Shown: positions 29,660 through 40,574, counted from the stretch's first letter. The stretch is DNA of 64,000 nt from an uncultured Verrucomicrobiae bacterium (GCA_963837955.1 CAWIPH010000002.1:1920001-1984000); one strand, 5' to 3'. The notes: a model not told the origin generated them from the letters alone. A program made the numbers and translations.

Positions 29660-30838
29660 TCACCGAATGTACGCCGCAGCGTAGCTTACGCTACGGGCTT
29701 GGCGAACTGGTTGCGTTTGCCGATGGACCCAGATGCTTTCGAGTATTCCTAGCGCAAAAAGGATAAGAACGAGAAACGAACCGCCATAGCTGATCATCGG
29801 TAAGGGAACGCCGGTAATCGGTGTGATCGAGATAGTCATCCCGATGTTCATGAAAACGTGAGTGAATATCAGCGTAACGACACCAATGGCTATCAGGCGT
29901 CCAAGCTCGTCCGAAGCGGTAGCGGCGATAAGCAGTCCCGTCAAAAGTAATGCGGCGAAAGCAGCGACCAATGCCAAAGCGCCAACAAAACCGAGTTGTT
30001 CAGAGATTGCCGCGAAAATGAAATCGGTGTGAACAATGGTCTGCGGGAGGAAGCCAAGGTCGACCTGAGTGTTGGGTGCAGCGTAACCTTTGCCGTAGAA
30101 TCCTCCGGAGCCGATAGCGATCAGAGATTGATTGATGGTCCAGGCGGCACCTTGGGTGTCGTAATCAGGATTGATAAATGTGGTCAACCGCTCACGCTGG
30201 TACGTCTTCAGCCCGAAATTTGCCACCACCGGAACCAGAGCGAGACCACAGACAATCATCACGAGTAGGTAGCGTTTTGGAACGCGACCCACGAAGAGGA
30301 GGCCTAGTAGCATCGGAATCCAGACTAAGCATTCGCCGAGGTCCGGCTGGATCAAAATTAGTAGCCAGGGGGGCGCAATAATGGCAGCGCAGCTCGCAAT
30401 GCGCCCGATAGTTGCCCAAAATCCAACCCAGTTCCCAGTGTTGGCCAGCAACCAAGCTAAAAGAAGTAATGTGGATATGACCGCAAGCTGAGCAGGTTGG
30501 AAGCTAATCGGGCCGAATTCGAGCCAGCTCTTTGCACCGAACGTCGTCCGCCCAAAAAAATGGGTAAGAACGAGAAATCCAAGTCCGGCTAGGTATAACA
30601 ACAGCGGAAAAATCACGCTGGAGAGCCAGAAGCGGTAATTGACCAGCGCGGCGGCAAAAAAGACGGCGACTCCGAGCACGAGAAAAATGATCTGCCGGCG
30701 CCACATATCTTTAAGATAGGCTTCTTCGCGCATGTAGGTGGCGCTATAGATGGCGATTACACCGAATATCGATAGACCGACGGCTAAGCAGACCAGGAGC
30801 CAATTCATCCCGAGCAACTTCCTGAGAAATGAATTCAT
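29660..30838 (-). CDS. rodA: Rod shape-determining SEDS protein RodA
   Basis: GAKSW, FQPAQ, QPDLG, QSLIAIGSGG, HTDFIF, TGVPLPMISYGGS. Confidence 0.9.
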   Translation of the reverse strand: MNSFLRKLLGMNWLLVCLAVGLSIFGVIAIYSATYMREEAYLKDMWRRQIIFLVLGVAVFFAAALVNYRFWLSSVIFPLLLYLAGLGFLVLTHFFGRTTFGAKSWLEFGPISFQPAQLAVISTLLLLAWLLANTGNWVGFWATIGRIASCAAIIAPPWLLILIQPDLGECLVWIPMLLGLLFVGRVPKRYLLVMIVCGLALVPVVANFGLKTYQRERLTTFINPDYDTQGAAWTINQSLIAIGSGGFYGKGYAAPNTQVDLGFLPQTIVHTDFIFAAISEQLGFVGALALVAAFAALLLTGLLIAATASDELGRLIAIGVVTLIFTHVFMNIGMTISITPITGVPLPMISYGGSFLVLILFALGILESIWVHRQTQPVRQARSVSYAAAYIR

Positions 30839-30853
30839 GAACGAGCGAAGAGA

Positions 30854-31627
30854 TTAATCTAGAGTTGGTATGCTGGCCAATAACTTTCTGGTGTAATCAT
30901 GTCGCGGGGAACGGTATATCTCTGCGGCAGAAGCCTTTTCGACGATCTCGCCCCGAAACATGACTGCGACCTCATCGCTTACTTGCTCCACGATCGCTAG
31001 GTCGTGCGCAATGAATAGGTAGGAAAGCCCCAGTTCGTCCTGAAGATCGAGTAGCAGATTGACAATTTGGGCCTGAACGCCGACGTCCAAGGCGCTGACT
31101 GCTTCGTCACAAACGATCAATTCTGGTTCAACTGCCAATGCCCGAGCAATCCCGATCCGTTGCCGTTGACCTCCACTGAACTCGTGAGGGTAGCGCACCA
31201 TTAAATCCGGCTGTAATCTGACTTTCTCAAGCAGATTAGCCACCCGCTCCCGACGCGCCACTCTTCCCATCGTCGGAAAATGGACTTGTAGCGGTTCGCT
31301 GACGCTGCGGAGGATCGACCACCTCGGATTGAGGGATCCAAACGGGTCCTGGAAGATCATTTGGATCTTGCGACGCCACGGTCGAAATCGCGCTTCTGGA
31401 AGATTTGTAATTTCGTGGCCCGAAAAACGGACAGAACCACTCGTACTCGGCACCAGATTCAGAATAGCTTTGCCCAACGTCGTTTTACCGCTGCCGCTTT
31501 CACCTACTAGGCCGAGGGTTTGGCCGCTCTTTACGGTCAGCGAGACATTGGTCACGGCACGGATAACCCGACGACGTCTGCTAGAAAACCAGACAGAGAG
31601 GTTCTGTACTTCCAAAAGATCAGCCAT
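30854..31627 (-). CDS. Oligopeptide/dipeptide ABC transporter ATP-binding protein (OppF-like)
   Basis: [34 protein letters not shown]. Confidence 0.92.
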   Translation of the reverse strand: MADLLEVQNLSVWFSSRRRRVIRAVTNVSLTVKSGQTLGLVGESGSGKTTLGKAILNLVPSTSGSVRFSGHEITNLPEARFRPWRRKIQMIFQDPFGSLNPRWSILRSVSEPLQVHFPTMGRVARRERVANLLEKVRLQPDLMVRYPHEFSGGQRQRIGIARALAVEPELIVCDEAVSALDVGVQAQIVNLLLDLQDELGLSYLFIAHDLAIVEQVSDEVAVMFRGEIVEKASAAEIYRSPRHDYTRKLLASIPTLD

Positions 31628-32417
31628 CCTGGTGGAAGAAGGCGGCGAGCGGGCTGGTCGGGGACGCCAACTCCTGACCGATCCCGAGGCCGACCTCGTA
31701 GGCAGTCCGACCAGCCTCAACCGCTTGGCGAAAGGCGACGGCCATGCGAACAGGATCTTCGGCAATAGCAATAGCGGTATTAACCAGGACGGCGTCCGCT
31801 CCGAGCTCTAACGCCTCTGCTGCATGGCTTGGTGCACCCAGACCTGCGTCTACGATGACGGGAACTGTAGCCTGATCCACGATGATCCGTATTTGGTCGC
31901 GTGTGCGTAGCCCCTGGTTGCTGCCGATCGGCGAACCGAGCGGCATTACCGTTGCCGTACCGACCTCCTGTAAGCGTTTAGCCAGAACGGGGTCAGCGTT
32001 GATATAAGGCAAAACGATAAATCCTTCCCGCACCAGCTGCTCGGCCGCACGCAACGTTTCGATCGGGTCAGGCAGCAAATAGTGGGGATCGGGATGGATC
32101 TCTAGCTTTACCCACTTGGGAAGGCCGGCAGAAGCAGCTAATCGGGCCAGCCGAACCGCTTCCTCCGCGTTCATAGCACCGGAAGTGTTGGGCAAGAGGA
32201 GGAATTGTTGGGGGTCGATAAAGTCCAAGATATTGGCATAAGGATCATGGTTTCCCGAGAGATCGGCTCGCCTCAACGCCACCGTAACAATTTCGGTACC
32301 GCTTGCATGTAGTGCGTCCCGCATGACGGTATTGCTAGAAAATTTGCCCGTACCCACCAGCAACCGCGAGCGAAATTCCCGGTTGGCGATGACGAGAGGA
32401 GAAGAGAACTGGATCAT
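31620..32417 (-). CDS. thiG: Thiazole synthase
   Basis: [50 protein letters not shown]. Confidence 0.97.
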   Translation of the reverse strand: MIQFSSPLVIANREFRSRLLVGTGKFSSNTVMRDALHASGTEIVTVALRRADLSGNHDPYANILDFIDPQQFLLLPNTSGAMNAEEAVRLARLAASAGLPKWVKLEIHPDPHYLLPDPIETLRAAEQLVREGFIVLPYINADPVLAKRLQEVGTATVMPLGSPIGSNQGLRTRDQIRIIVDQATVPVIVDAGLGAPSHAAEALELGADAVLVNTAIAIAEDPVRMAVAFRQAVEAGRTAYEVGLGIGQELASPTSPLAAFFHQDG

Positions 32418-32483
32418 TGGCGAGTAGACTGCATCATTAGTACTGCCGATAATTAAGCGAGTGATCACTTGAACGGCAAGTGA

Positions 32484-33071
32484 TTGATTCCTAAGCTGGA
32501 GAACGTGAGACCGTCCGATACTTCCCATCGATTCAATCTGGCTGGTAAGTTATTGCTTTCCCATCCGGCGCTCCGCGATCCGAGCTTTCGCCGCACCATC
32601 GTGTTCTTGCCTAATCACGACGTAGAGGCGGGAGCATTCGGATTGATAATGAATCGTCCGACCCGCGAAGTGCTAGCCGATTTCTTGGTGGAACCACCCG
32701 CTTCAACCGCGCTCTCAGAAGTACCAGTTTATACGGGCGGTCCTGTCGGAACGGACGAATTGACGCTGGCGGCGTTTTCTTTTTCCGCGAGCACCGGTGC
32801 TGTTAGTTGCCAAACTCACCTTTCGCTGGATGAGGCGGAAGCAATAAAAAACGAAAGCGGATCGATCGTGCGGGCTTTTCGGGGATACGCCGGCTGGAGC
32901 TCCGGCCAACTCGAAGGCGAAATTCATCAACACGCCTGGTTGGTCAAAGAGCCAGAAGCGAAACTGATCGTCGGCGAGCTAAATGAGCAGACGTGGGTGG
33001 GTCTGGTGAGTTCGTTGGGTCCGGCCTACCGTTTGCTTGCGCTCGCCCCCGACGACCCCTCGCTCAACTGA
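32484..33071 (+). CDS. YqgE/AlgH family protein
   Basis: [41 protein letters not shown]; start uncertain. Confidence 0.9.
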   Translation: MIPKLENVRPSDTSHRFNLAGKLLLSHPALRDPSFRRTIVFLPNHDVEAGAFGLIMNRPTREVLADFLVEPPASTALSEVPVYTGGPVGTDELTLAAFSFSASTGAVSCQTHLSLDEAEAIKNESGSIVRAFRGYAGWSSGQLEGEIHQHAWLVKEPEAKLIVGELNEQTWVGLVSSLGPAYRLLALAPDDPSLN

Positions 33072-33135
33072 TAGCAGATAGCAGATAGCCGATGGCCGAT
33101 AGTCCCGCGTGCTCGCGCGATCGTGACGCGCAAGC

Positions 33136-34149
33136 TCAAAACCCGCGAAGCGCTATTTTCCCGATTGTTTTACCGGATTCCAGGTGGGCGTGAGCTTTGC
33201 GCAGATTTTCTGCGGTAATTCTGCCTAGGGTATCGGTCAAAGTGGTTCGCAACTTACCGGAATCGACCAGCTTGCTGACTTCATCCAAGAGTTGGCCTTG
33301 CATTCCCATGGTCGGAGTTTCGAACATGGCTTTGGTAAACATGAACTCCCAGACAAATGTGGCGCTCTTGCTCTTTAAGACGTTGAGGTCTAACGGGTGC
33401 TCGTTCTCAACAATCGAAACGATTTTGCCTTCCGGACGGATCACCTCAGCCATCGCATCCCAATACGAATCGGTGTTCACGAAATTTGCGATGAAATCTA
33501 CGGTCTCATCCCCGAGTTTGCGGAGACTCGCCGGTAACGGTTGTCGATGATCTATCACGTGATCGGCCCCGAGCTTTTCGACCCAGGCTCGGGATTCCGG
33601 GCGGCTGGCGGTGGTTATTACTTTCAACCCCGCTAGCTTGGCCAGCTGAATCCCAATCGAACCGACTCCGCCAGCCCCGCCTAGGATCAGGAGCGTCTCG
33701 CCGGCATTCTTGCCATGACGATCGATCGCGAGGCGTTCAAAAAAGGCTTCCCACGCAGTAATCGTGGTCAGGGGGAGAGCGGCTGCTTCCGCAAAGTCGA
33801 GACTGGTTGGCTTATGGCCGACGATTCTTTCGTCAACGACGTGGAATTCGCTATTACTACCCGGGCGAACAATCGATCCCGCATAATAAACTTCATCGCC
33901 CGGTCGAAAACGGATCACGTCGGACCCGACCGTTTCAACCACCCCGGCGGCATCCCAGCCCAAGACCTTCGGCCTGGGTTCTATCTTGTTTTTCGGTGCC
34001 CGGACTTTGGTGTCTACTGGGTTTACCGAAACTGCTTCGACTCGGATAAGCAAGTCGCGTGGTTGAGGACTAGGTTTAGGCAATTCGACATCCAGCAACG
34101 AGTCGGGGTCAGTGATTGGGAGATAACGCGTCAGTGCGATTGCTTTCAT
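33136..34149 (-). CDS. Zinc-binding alcohol dehydrogenase family (quinone oxidoreductase-like) protein
   Basis: VNPVDTK, LGWDAAG, AAALPLT, GGAGGVGS, WEFMFT. Confidence 0.92.
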   Translation of the reverse strand: MKAIALTRYLPITDPDSLLDVELPKPSPQPRDLLIRVEAVSVNPVDTKVRAPKNKIEPRPKVLGWDAAGVVETVGSDVIRFRPGDEVYYAGSIVRPGSNSEFHVVDERIVGHKPTSLDFAEAAALPLTTITAWEAFFERLAIDRHGKNAGETLLILGGAGGVGSIGIQLAKLAGLKVITTASRPESRAWVEKLGADHVIDHRQPLPASLRKLGDETVDFIANFVNTDSYWDAMAEVIRPEGKIVSIVENEHPLDLNVLKSKSATFVWEFMFTKAMFETPTMGMQGQLLDEVSKLVDSGKLRTTLTDTLGRITAENLRKAHAHLESGKTIGKIALRGF

Positions 34150-34230
34150 GTTTCAGAAATTGTTCTTCCAGCCTGAGACCTGCAACAGTTAATCGGTTGC
34201 TGGACCCGGCGTCAGGAGATATATGGCGAC

Positions 34231-35328
34231 ATGAAAATAGGTGTTCCGAAGGAGATCAAAGAACAAGAGCACCGAGTCGCGCTGCTGCCCTCCGTCGTCT
34301 ATCAGCTCAACCGCATGGGCCATGAAGTTTTTGTCGAGTCCAATGCGGGCGCTGGTTCCGGTTTTCCTGACGAAGAGTATGCTCAGGCGGGCGCCAAGAT
34401 TTTGAATGATCACGATGCCGTTTTCGCGCAGGGAGATCTCATCGTGAAAGTCAAAGAACCGTTGCCGTCGGAATATCCATTGTTGCGGCCGGACCAAATT
34501 CTTTTCACCTATTTGCATTTAGCGGCCAACAAGGAACTGACAATGGCGCTGATAGAATCGGGAGTGACGGCGATTGCTTACGAAACTGTCGAAGTAAACC
34601 GAAGGTTGCCGTTACTGGAGCCGATGAGCGAAATCGCTGGACGCATGTCGATTATCGTCGGCGGATTTTTCCTGACCAAACATAGCGGCGGCAAGGGCGT
34701 TCTTTTGGGCGGTGTTCCGGGCGTGCTACCGGGGAATGTCATAGTCATTGGTGGTGGAACATCAGGGGTGAACGCAGCGCGCATGGCTACTGGCCTTGGC
34801 GCAGATGTGACGATTCTCGAAGTGGATGTTGAACGGATGCGTTTTCTGGATATCACGATGCACACTCACACGCTCTACTCGAGCCAGGCGCATTTGCTGG
34901 AAATCTTGCCGCGGACCGATCTTTTGATTGGCGCTGTGTTGGTGCCTGGAGCTCGCGCGCCTCGATTGATCTCGCGCGAGATGCTACGGTCCATGAAACC
35001 TGGAAGCGTTTTGGTCGATATCGCGATTGATCAAGGCGGTTGCTCGGAGACTTCTCGTCCGACGACTCATGATGCGCCGACATACGTGGAAGAGGGGATC
35101 ATTCATTATTGTGTCGCCAATATGCCCGGCGCTTACGCCCGGACGGCGACGCAAGCTCTGACCAATGTAACGGCGCGGTATGTTGAATTTCTGGCCGAAG
35201 GGGGATTGGATGGAACTCTCAAGAAATACCCCGCGTTGGCGGGCGGGATCAATGTGATGCACGGAAAAATCAGAAACAAGGCGGTCGCCGAAGCACATCA
35301 ACTGCCGTACGTGCCTCTCGAATTTTGA
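34231..35328 (+). CDS. ald: Alanine dehydrogenase
   Basis: MKIGVPKEIK, KVKEP, FTYLHLAA, PMSEIAGR, DIAIDQGGC, HYCVANMPGA. Confidence 0.97.
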   Translation: MKIGVPKEIKEQEHRVALLPSVVYQLNRMGHEVFVESNAGAGSGFPDEEYAQAGAKILNDHDAVFAQGDLIVKVKEPLPSEYPLLRPDQILFTYLHLAANKELTMALIESGVTAIAYETVEVNRRLPLLEPMSEIAGRMSIIVGGFFLTKHSGGKGVLLGGVPGVLPGNVIVIGGGTSGVNAARMATGLGADVTILEVDVERMRFLDITMHTHTLYSSQAHLLEILPRTDLLIGAVLVPGARAPRLISREMLRSMKPGSVLVDIAIDQGGCSETSRPTTHDAPTYVEEGIIHYCVANMPGAYARTATQALTNVTARYVEFLAEGGLDGTLKKYPALAGGINVMHGKIRNKAVAEAHQLPYVPLEF

Positions 35329-35429
35329 CGTCGGCAGCGTAGCCTGATGCTTCCTCCTTCGTTCCCCCCAAAACCCAAAACTACGGCGGACAAGCCAGCC
35401 TCAGGGAGCATGTTGGTGATTAGGGATCG

Positions 35430-35485
35430 GTAAGCAGTAAGCAGTAAGCAGTAAGCAGTAAGCAGTAAGGAGTAAGCAGGGAGCA
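35430..35485. repeat. (GTAAGCA)n heptamer microsatellite inside a family-C REP doublet
   Basis: Five perfect units plus degenerate units; the pattern resumes as GCAGTAAGG after the IS481. Confidence 0.9.
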
Positions 35486-36804
35486 GTCAGAACATCGGTA
35501 ACACTTCTGGTTCAGAACATGGGTAACACTGGGTTAGGTTTTAGATTACGATTTTTCTTTGTTTTGACCAGCTTGTTGGGGAGGGATATCCGCCCTTAAG
35601 AAGCTAAGGGTGTTTTGATCGATGTGGCCCAGCAGTAATCGAACAAACCAGACTTCGATGAACTGTCCTGGGGTGCCTTTGAGTCCCACCGACCATCCGG
35701 CCAAGCTCCGACTCAGAAAGAGCTTTTGGTTTTGCCAGCTGATCAGGCCGTGCTTGTCGACTTGGCGCTGGGCCATGCCCGGATAGACCAGCTCTTGTGG
35801 GGTACCTTGAAAACTGCGACTGGAATTTTGGTAGATTTCCCCAGGAAAACGCATCTGCAGGGCCTCATGGGGCCGCTGGTAATTAAACTCCTGGCGCCAT
35901 AGATCGAGCCCCTGTTGGCTCTCTTCTCCCAGCCCTTCGAGTTCCAGACTCACATCGCGGTGCAAGCGTTCATGAGCCGCGTTGTCTTGGGGACAGCCTA
36001 TTCGACCTCGTTCCAGATCGATTCCCAAGGCCACCCACCAGGCCGAGAGTCGGCTGAGGCCATGCAAGGTCTGCACACTGGCAAAGGGTGCCCCGTTATC
36101 GCTGCGAATGGCTTGGGGTAAGCCATGGCGCTCAAAGAGGCGTTCAAAACTGCACCGGACACTTTGGCTGCGCGCATTGTCCATGGCCCGTAGTTCCAAC
36201 ACATACCGGCTGTACTCATCGCGTACCGTCAAGGGCTCACAGCGGCCGGCTCTGGTCCTCCACCAGCCTTTAAAATCTACCGTCCAGACTTCGTTGACTG
36301 CCTGGGCTCTTCGGCCGCTGCTCAATCTGCCCCCTTGGGCCACGATCCGACGGCGCTTGCGCTTCTCAGTAAGCCCAGCTCGCTCCAGGACTCGCTTAAA
36401 GCTGCTTTCGCTAGCCACCTCGCCATGCTGACGCAAGTACAGCTCCCGAATCTTGCGTGGTCCCCAGCGAGGGTGAGCTACTTTCAAGCTCACGATCGCA
36501 CAGACCTCCGCTTCCCCAAGTTGGTCCGCATGGCTATGGGGCCGGCGCGATTCTTCTTCCATTCCTCCGATCCCAAAGCGTAAGAAGCGCTCCTGCCATT
36601 TATAGCCGGTCTTGGCACTGATCCCGTATTCCTGGCACAGTGCCCGAAAGTTCTCCGCCCTTAGCGCCCGCAACGCAAATTCTACTCTCTGCTCCATAGG
36701 TTCACTCTTCTTCCAGGGCATGAGCGCTTCTTTTAGCGCTCTTCCGCCCAAAAAGTGTTACCTATGTATTGAACCTATTGTGTTACCTATGTTCTGAACC
36801 TGCA
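35482..36804 (-). mobile_element. IS481-family insertion sequence
   Basis: Doubled subterminal motifs (GGT)TCAGAACATNGGTAACAC at both ends in inverted orientation (35487/35509 and 36755/36780); TGCA terminus at 36804. Confidence 0.85.
35546..36721 (-). CDS. IS481 family DDE transposase
   Basis: MPWKK, HTH, WGPRKI, WTVDFKG, SDNGAPF, PQDNAAHERLH, RPHEAL. Confidence 0.93.
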   Translation of the reverse strand: MPWKKSEPMEQRVEFALRALRAENFRALCQEYGISAKTGYKWQERFLRFGIGGMEEESRRPHSHADQLGEAEVCAIVSLKVAHPRWGPRKIRELYLRQHGEVASESSFKRVLERAGLTEKRKRRRIVAQGGRLSSGRRAQAVNEVWTVDFKGWWRTRAGRCEPLTVRDEYSRYVLELRAMDNARSQSVRCSFERLFERHGLPQAIRSDNGAPFASVQTLHGLSRLSAWWVALGIDLERGRIGCPQDNAAHERLHRDVSLELEGLGEESQQGLDLWRQEFNYQRPHEALQMRFPGEIYQNSSRSFQGTPQELVYPGMAQRQVDKHGLISWQNQKLFLSRSLAGWSVGLKGTPGQFIEVWFVRLLLGHIDQNTLSFLRADIPPQQAGQNKEKS

Positions 36805-36917
36805 CCGCAGTAAGGAGGGCACAGGGCGCAGTCACCGTAACACTTTAGGGCGCTCTAGCCCTGGGTTCCTGAGCCAGGAGGATCAGGCTACCCTCTTTAA
36901 GCTACGGCGGGATCAGG

Positions 36918-38519
36918 CTACGCTCCGGACACCCGGACCACTTTGGCGCTTTTGATGGCCCGATTGGAAAGAAGCGCCTGGAGAATTTCTTCGGACGGAG
37001 CCGAGTCGAGGTTTAGGACCGTGAGAGCTCTGCCGCCGAGCTTGTCTCGGCTAAGTGACATATCCGCGATATTGACCTGATGCTCCCCGAGAACAGTCCC
37101 GACTTGTCCAACGATGCCTGGTACATCGTCATTCTCTAAGACCAGCAGCACGCCGACCAGTAGAGCTTCGACATAGCGGTCATTGATCCGTACGATGCGA
37201 CCCGAGGAGCCGACAAACGTACCGGCTACGGAGGATTCTTCATCGCCCGAGTACGCGCGTAGTTCAACCAGATCGTTGAATTCACCGGTCGCGCTCTCCC
37301 TGGTTTCGACGATCTTCAGGCCCAGGCCTTGAGCGAGCGCGGTGACATTCACTTGATTGACTTCCTGACCTCCAACCTCTTCCAAGAAACCCTTCAACAC
37401 GTAGCGGGAGATCGGCGACGTTTCGCTTTGATTGACCTTTCCACTATAATTGATGTGTAACTTATCGCAGCGGCGAGCGCTGACTTGGCGGAGGAAGCGG
37501 CCAAGCTTCTCACCCAGATCTAGATAGGGGCCAATAATGGCCAAGGTCTTAGCGTCCAGATTTGGGACGTTGACCGCGTTACGGATGACCCCTTCAATGA
37601 GAACGGAGCGAATGGCTTCAGCAATTTCGATCCCTACGCTTTCCTGCGCTTCCAGCGTGGAAGCTCCTAAGTGTGGAGTGAAAACGACGTTGGGGAGCTG
37701 GCGAAGAGGGAGGTTAGCCGGCGGAGGTTCGACTTCGAAAACGTCAAGAGCAGCGGCAGCGATATGACCAGACTGTAGCGCCTCGTATAGAGCAGTTTCG
37801 TCGATCAATCCTCCCCGCGCACAGTTCACCACCCGGGCCCCTTTCTTCATTCGAGCTATCCGGTCGCGATCGAGAAGGTGCTTCGTCTCGCTGGTCATCG
37901 GCATATGCAAGGTGACGAAATCTGCTCGGGTTAGCACTTCATTCAGATCATCAAATAACTCCACCTGCAGCGATCGCGCTCTGGAAGGAGAGAGATAGGG
38001 ATCGTACGCGATCGGGCGCATACCGAACGCGATTGCTCGGCGGGCGATTTCCGTTCCAATCCGACCCATGCCGAGAATGCCTAGCGTTTTTCCGTTCAGT
38101 TCAACGCCTTCGAAGTTTTTTCGGTCCCACTTCCCGGCTTTCACGCTGGCATCGGCTTGTGGAATGTTCCGGGCGATGGAGACTAGCAAAGAAAACGCGT
38201 GTTCTGCTGTGGAGACGGTGTTTCCTCCGGGCGTATTCATAACGATAATGCCTCGCCGCGTCGCAGCTTCGACATCGACGTTATCGACACCCACTCCAGC
38301 TCGGCCGATCACTTTGAGTGCACGCGCAGCATCGATGACTTTCGCCGTCACCTTGGTCTGCGAGCGGACCACCAAGGCTGCATATTCCGGAATTATCTCG
38401 ATAAGTTCGGGCTCTTTTAAGCCGGTCCGTACATCAACGATAAGATCGTTGCTCGTGGCTAGCGCCTCGACTCCTCGAGGCGAAATTGCATCAGCGACTA
38501 ATACCTTTTTGTTACCCAT
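36918..38519 (-). CDS. serA: D-3-phosphoglycerate dehydrogenase (with ASB and ACT domains)
   Basis: RAGVGVDNVD, GMGRIG, NCARGG, TPHLGAST, C-terminal ACT domain. Confidence 0.97.
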   Translation of the reverse strand: MGNKKVLVADAISPRGVEALATSNDLIVDVRTGLKEPELIEIIPEYAALVVRSQTKVTAKVIDAARALKVIGRAGVGVDNVDVEAATRRGIIVMNTPGGNTVSTAEHAFSLLVSIARNIPQADASVKAGKWDRKNFEGVELNGKTLGILGMGRIGTEIARRAIAFGMRPIAYDPYLSPSRARSLQVELFDDLNEVLTRADFVTLHMPMTSETKHLLDRDRIARMKKGARVVNCARGGLIDETALYEALQSGHIAAAALDVFEVEPPPANLPLRQLPNVVFTPHLGASTLEAQESVGIEIAEAIRSVLIEGVIRNAVNVPNLDAKTLAIIGPYLDLGEKLGRFLRQVSARRCDKLHINYSGKVNQSETSPISRYVLKGFLEEVGGQEVNQVNVTALAQGLGLKIVETRESATGEFNDLVELRAYSGDEESSVAGTFVGSSGRIVRINDRYVEALLVGVLLVLENDDVPGIVGQVGTVLGEHQVNIADMSLSRDKLGGRALTVLNLDSAPSEEILQALLSNRAIKSAKVVRVSGA

Positions 38520-40551
38520 GGTTGAGCTTAGTCAGAATCTCTCTGAGTAACTCGATGCCAGGGAGGGAACTGAAACCGGAAGCTAAAGTAGCAAAGGCCG
38601 GTTCAAAGGCTGATCTCGGTGCGGTGTGCAGTTCAGTCAGAACCGCCTCATCTTCTGGGGCCACCGCACTAGCTAGCTTCTTGGCGTAAACGGACAGAGC
38701 CAGCAGCGGCCAATTATTCCGATACATATCGTACTTGAGATAAAACACGCGCGGGAAACCGGTTCCGGTGATCAACTGTTCGTCCCATGATCCATCGACG
38801 TTCTGATGGGTTAGCAAGTAATCTACACCATGACGTATGCTGGCGCGATCCACCTCTGCGAAAGAAAGTAACCCCATCAAAGCCCAAGCGGTTTGGGAAG
38901 GAGTGCTCTTTCCCCGGCCGCGCAGCGCCGGATCTTCGTACGATCCGCAGCTTTCTCCCCATCCGCCGTCCGGATTTTGGTGGTTTTCAAGCCAAACCCG
39001 CCCGCGCTGGATCCACGATTCGCGCATATCTACCCCGATCGCCCTGAGCCCCTTGAGAACTTGCCATGTTCCATACACATAATTTACGCCCCAACGCCCA
39101 TACCAGGCGCCATCAAATTCCTGTCGTTTACGTAGAAAGCGGACGGCTCGCTTGACGATTGGGTGCTTTGGATTGAATCCGTAAGTGGCCAGGACTTCAA
39201 GTACTCGAGCAGTGATGTTGCAGCAAGTTGGGTCAAGAATCGCGTTGTGATCAGCAAACGGGACCTGCTCCAACAGAGGATTGGTAACGTCCTTATCGAA
39301 GGCGGCCCAGCCACCATCTTTGCATTGAAAGCTGAGCAGCCAGTTCAGACCGCGTTCGTACAAGCCTGGATCTTCCGGGACATAGCCTGCGGTCCGCAAC
39401 GCCAGCAAGACCATCGCTGTGTCATCAATGTCGGGGTTGTACGGATTGTTGAATTCGAAGCACCAGCCGGATGGTTCCGGTGCCGGGTTGCGAACTACCC
39501 AGTCTCCGGCAATACGAACCTCCTGTTGTGCCAGCCAATCCGTCGCTCTTTTGATCGGTTCTTCGGCAGCACTCAGGCCGGAGCGGGCCAGAACGAGGGT
39601 CGTGATACTTGTATCCCAGACCGGGGAAAAGCAGGGTTGAATGCGAAATCCTTTTTCGTCTTCGACAAACAGCTCCTCAAAATCTGTCTCAGCTTTTTGA
39701 TAGAGTGGGTGATCGGACGAATAGCCAAGACACCGCAACGCAATCATAGAATTGAGCATGGCCGGGAAGATCGCAGCCAGCCCGTCGTTGCCGTCGCCGA
39801 TCCGTTCAATCATCCATCGCTCGGCTTCCCGCAGAGCAAGACGTCGAAACGGGTAGAACCGACGTTTTTCGCAGAACTTCAGGATCTGGTCGACGAAGAT
39901 GAAAAGTTTCTTCAATCCAGATGCGTGTAAACGAGGCGCTTTGTCCGGCTCCAGATAAAGTTCCTTGATCCCGAGATGTTCCGGAACTTGGTGAGTGATC
40001 TTATAGTGATTGATGATGGCCAGCGGGACCACCATCGAACGCGTCCAAGATGAGACAGTGTAAAGATGGATTGGTGACCAATGTGGCACGATCAAAAATT
40101 CGACCGGGATAGTCGGTACTGCCTCCCACGGCACTTGGCCGAGCAAAGCGAGATAGAGCCGGGCATAGGTGTGGGTCTTTTCCACTCCGCCCAACGCCCG
40201 GGCGCGTTCCCGCGCCTTGACCAGCCGTGGATCATCAGGCGAAAACCCGGCTAACTTCAGGGAAAAATATGCTTTGACCGTGGCGTTGACGTCCGCCGGG
40301 CCCTCTGCGTAAATGTTCCAGCCACCGTCGGGAAGCTGGCTCTCCAAAATGTGGTCAATGCATTTCCGCTCGAGTTCGACATCGACCTCGCCCGCCCAAT
40401 GCATGAAAGCGATGTAATCGGAACAGAGCGTCGAATCGACAACCAGCTCTCCCATCCAATAGCCTTCCGCTGATTGGAGGTCGAGAAGGTGTTGCTGTGC
40501 TTTGGCGATCGCCGAATTGAGTGCGAACAAAAGATCCGAGGTGTTCACCAT
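38512..40551 (-). CDS. shc: Squalene--hopene cyclase
   Basis: QW repeats (QLPDGGW, QCKDGGW, QNPDGGWGE), DIDDTA, SPVWDT, GTGFPRVFYLKY. Confidence 0.96.
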   Translation of the reverse strand: MVNTSDLLFALNSAIAKAQQHLLDLQSAEGYWMGELVVDSTLCSDYIAFMHWAGEVDVELERKCIDHILESQLPDGGWNIYAEGPADVNATVKAYFSLKLAGFSPDDPRLVKARERARALGGVEKTHTYARLYLALLGQVPWEAVPTIPVEFLIVPHWSPIHLYTVSSWTRSMVVPLAIINHYKITHQVPEHLGIKELYLEPDKAPRLHASGLKKLFIFVDQILKFCEKRRFYPFRRLALREAERWMIERIGDGNDGLAAIFPAMLNSMIALRCLGYSSDHPLYQKAETDFEELFVEDEKGFRIQPCFSPVWDTSITTLVLARSGLSAAEEPIKRATDWLAQQEVRIAGDWVVRNPAPEPSGWCFEFNNPYNPDIDDTAMVLLALRTAGYVPEDPGLYERGLNWLLSFQCKDGGWAAFDKDVTNPLLEQVPFADHNAILDPTCCNITARVLEVLATYGFNPKHPIVKRAVRFLRKRQEFDGAWYGRWGVNYVYGTWQVLKGLRAIGVDMRESWIQRGRVWLENHQNPDGGWGESCGSYEDPALRGRGKSTPSQTAWALMGLLSFAEVDRASIRHGVDYLLTHQNVDGSWDEQLITGTGFPRVFYLKYDMYRNNWPLLALSVYAKKLASAVAPEDEAVLTELHTAPRSAFEPAFATLASGFSSLPGIELLREILTKLNHG

Positions 40552-40574
40552 TTCCGTCTTGGATTTGAATTGAC

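Noticed and set aside
32418..32500. TPP riboswitch upstream of thiG
   Set aside because: The intergenic region is very short and lacks the TPP aptamer core.
35430..35530. Possible CRISPR array
   Set aside because: These are 7-nt tandem units and IS481 subterminal repeats; there are no unique spacers and no cas genes.
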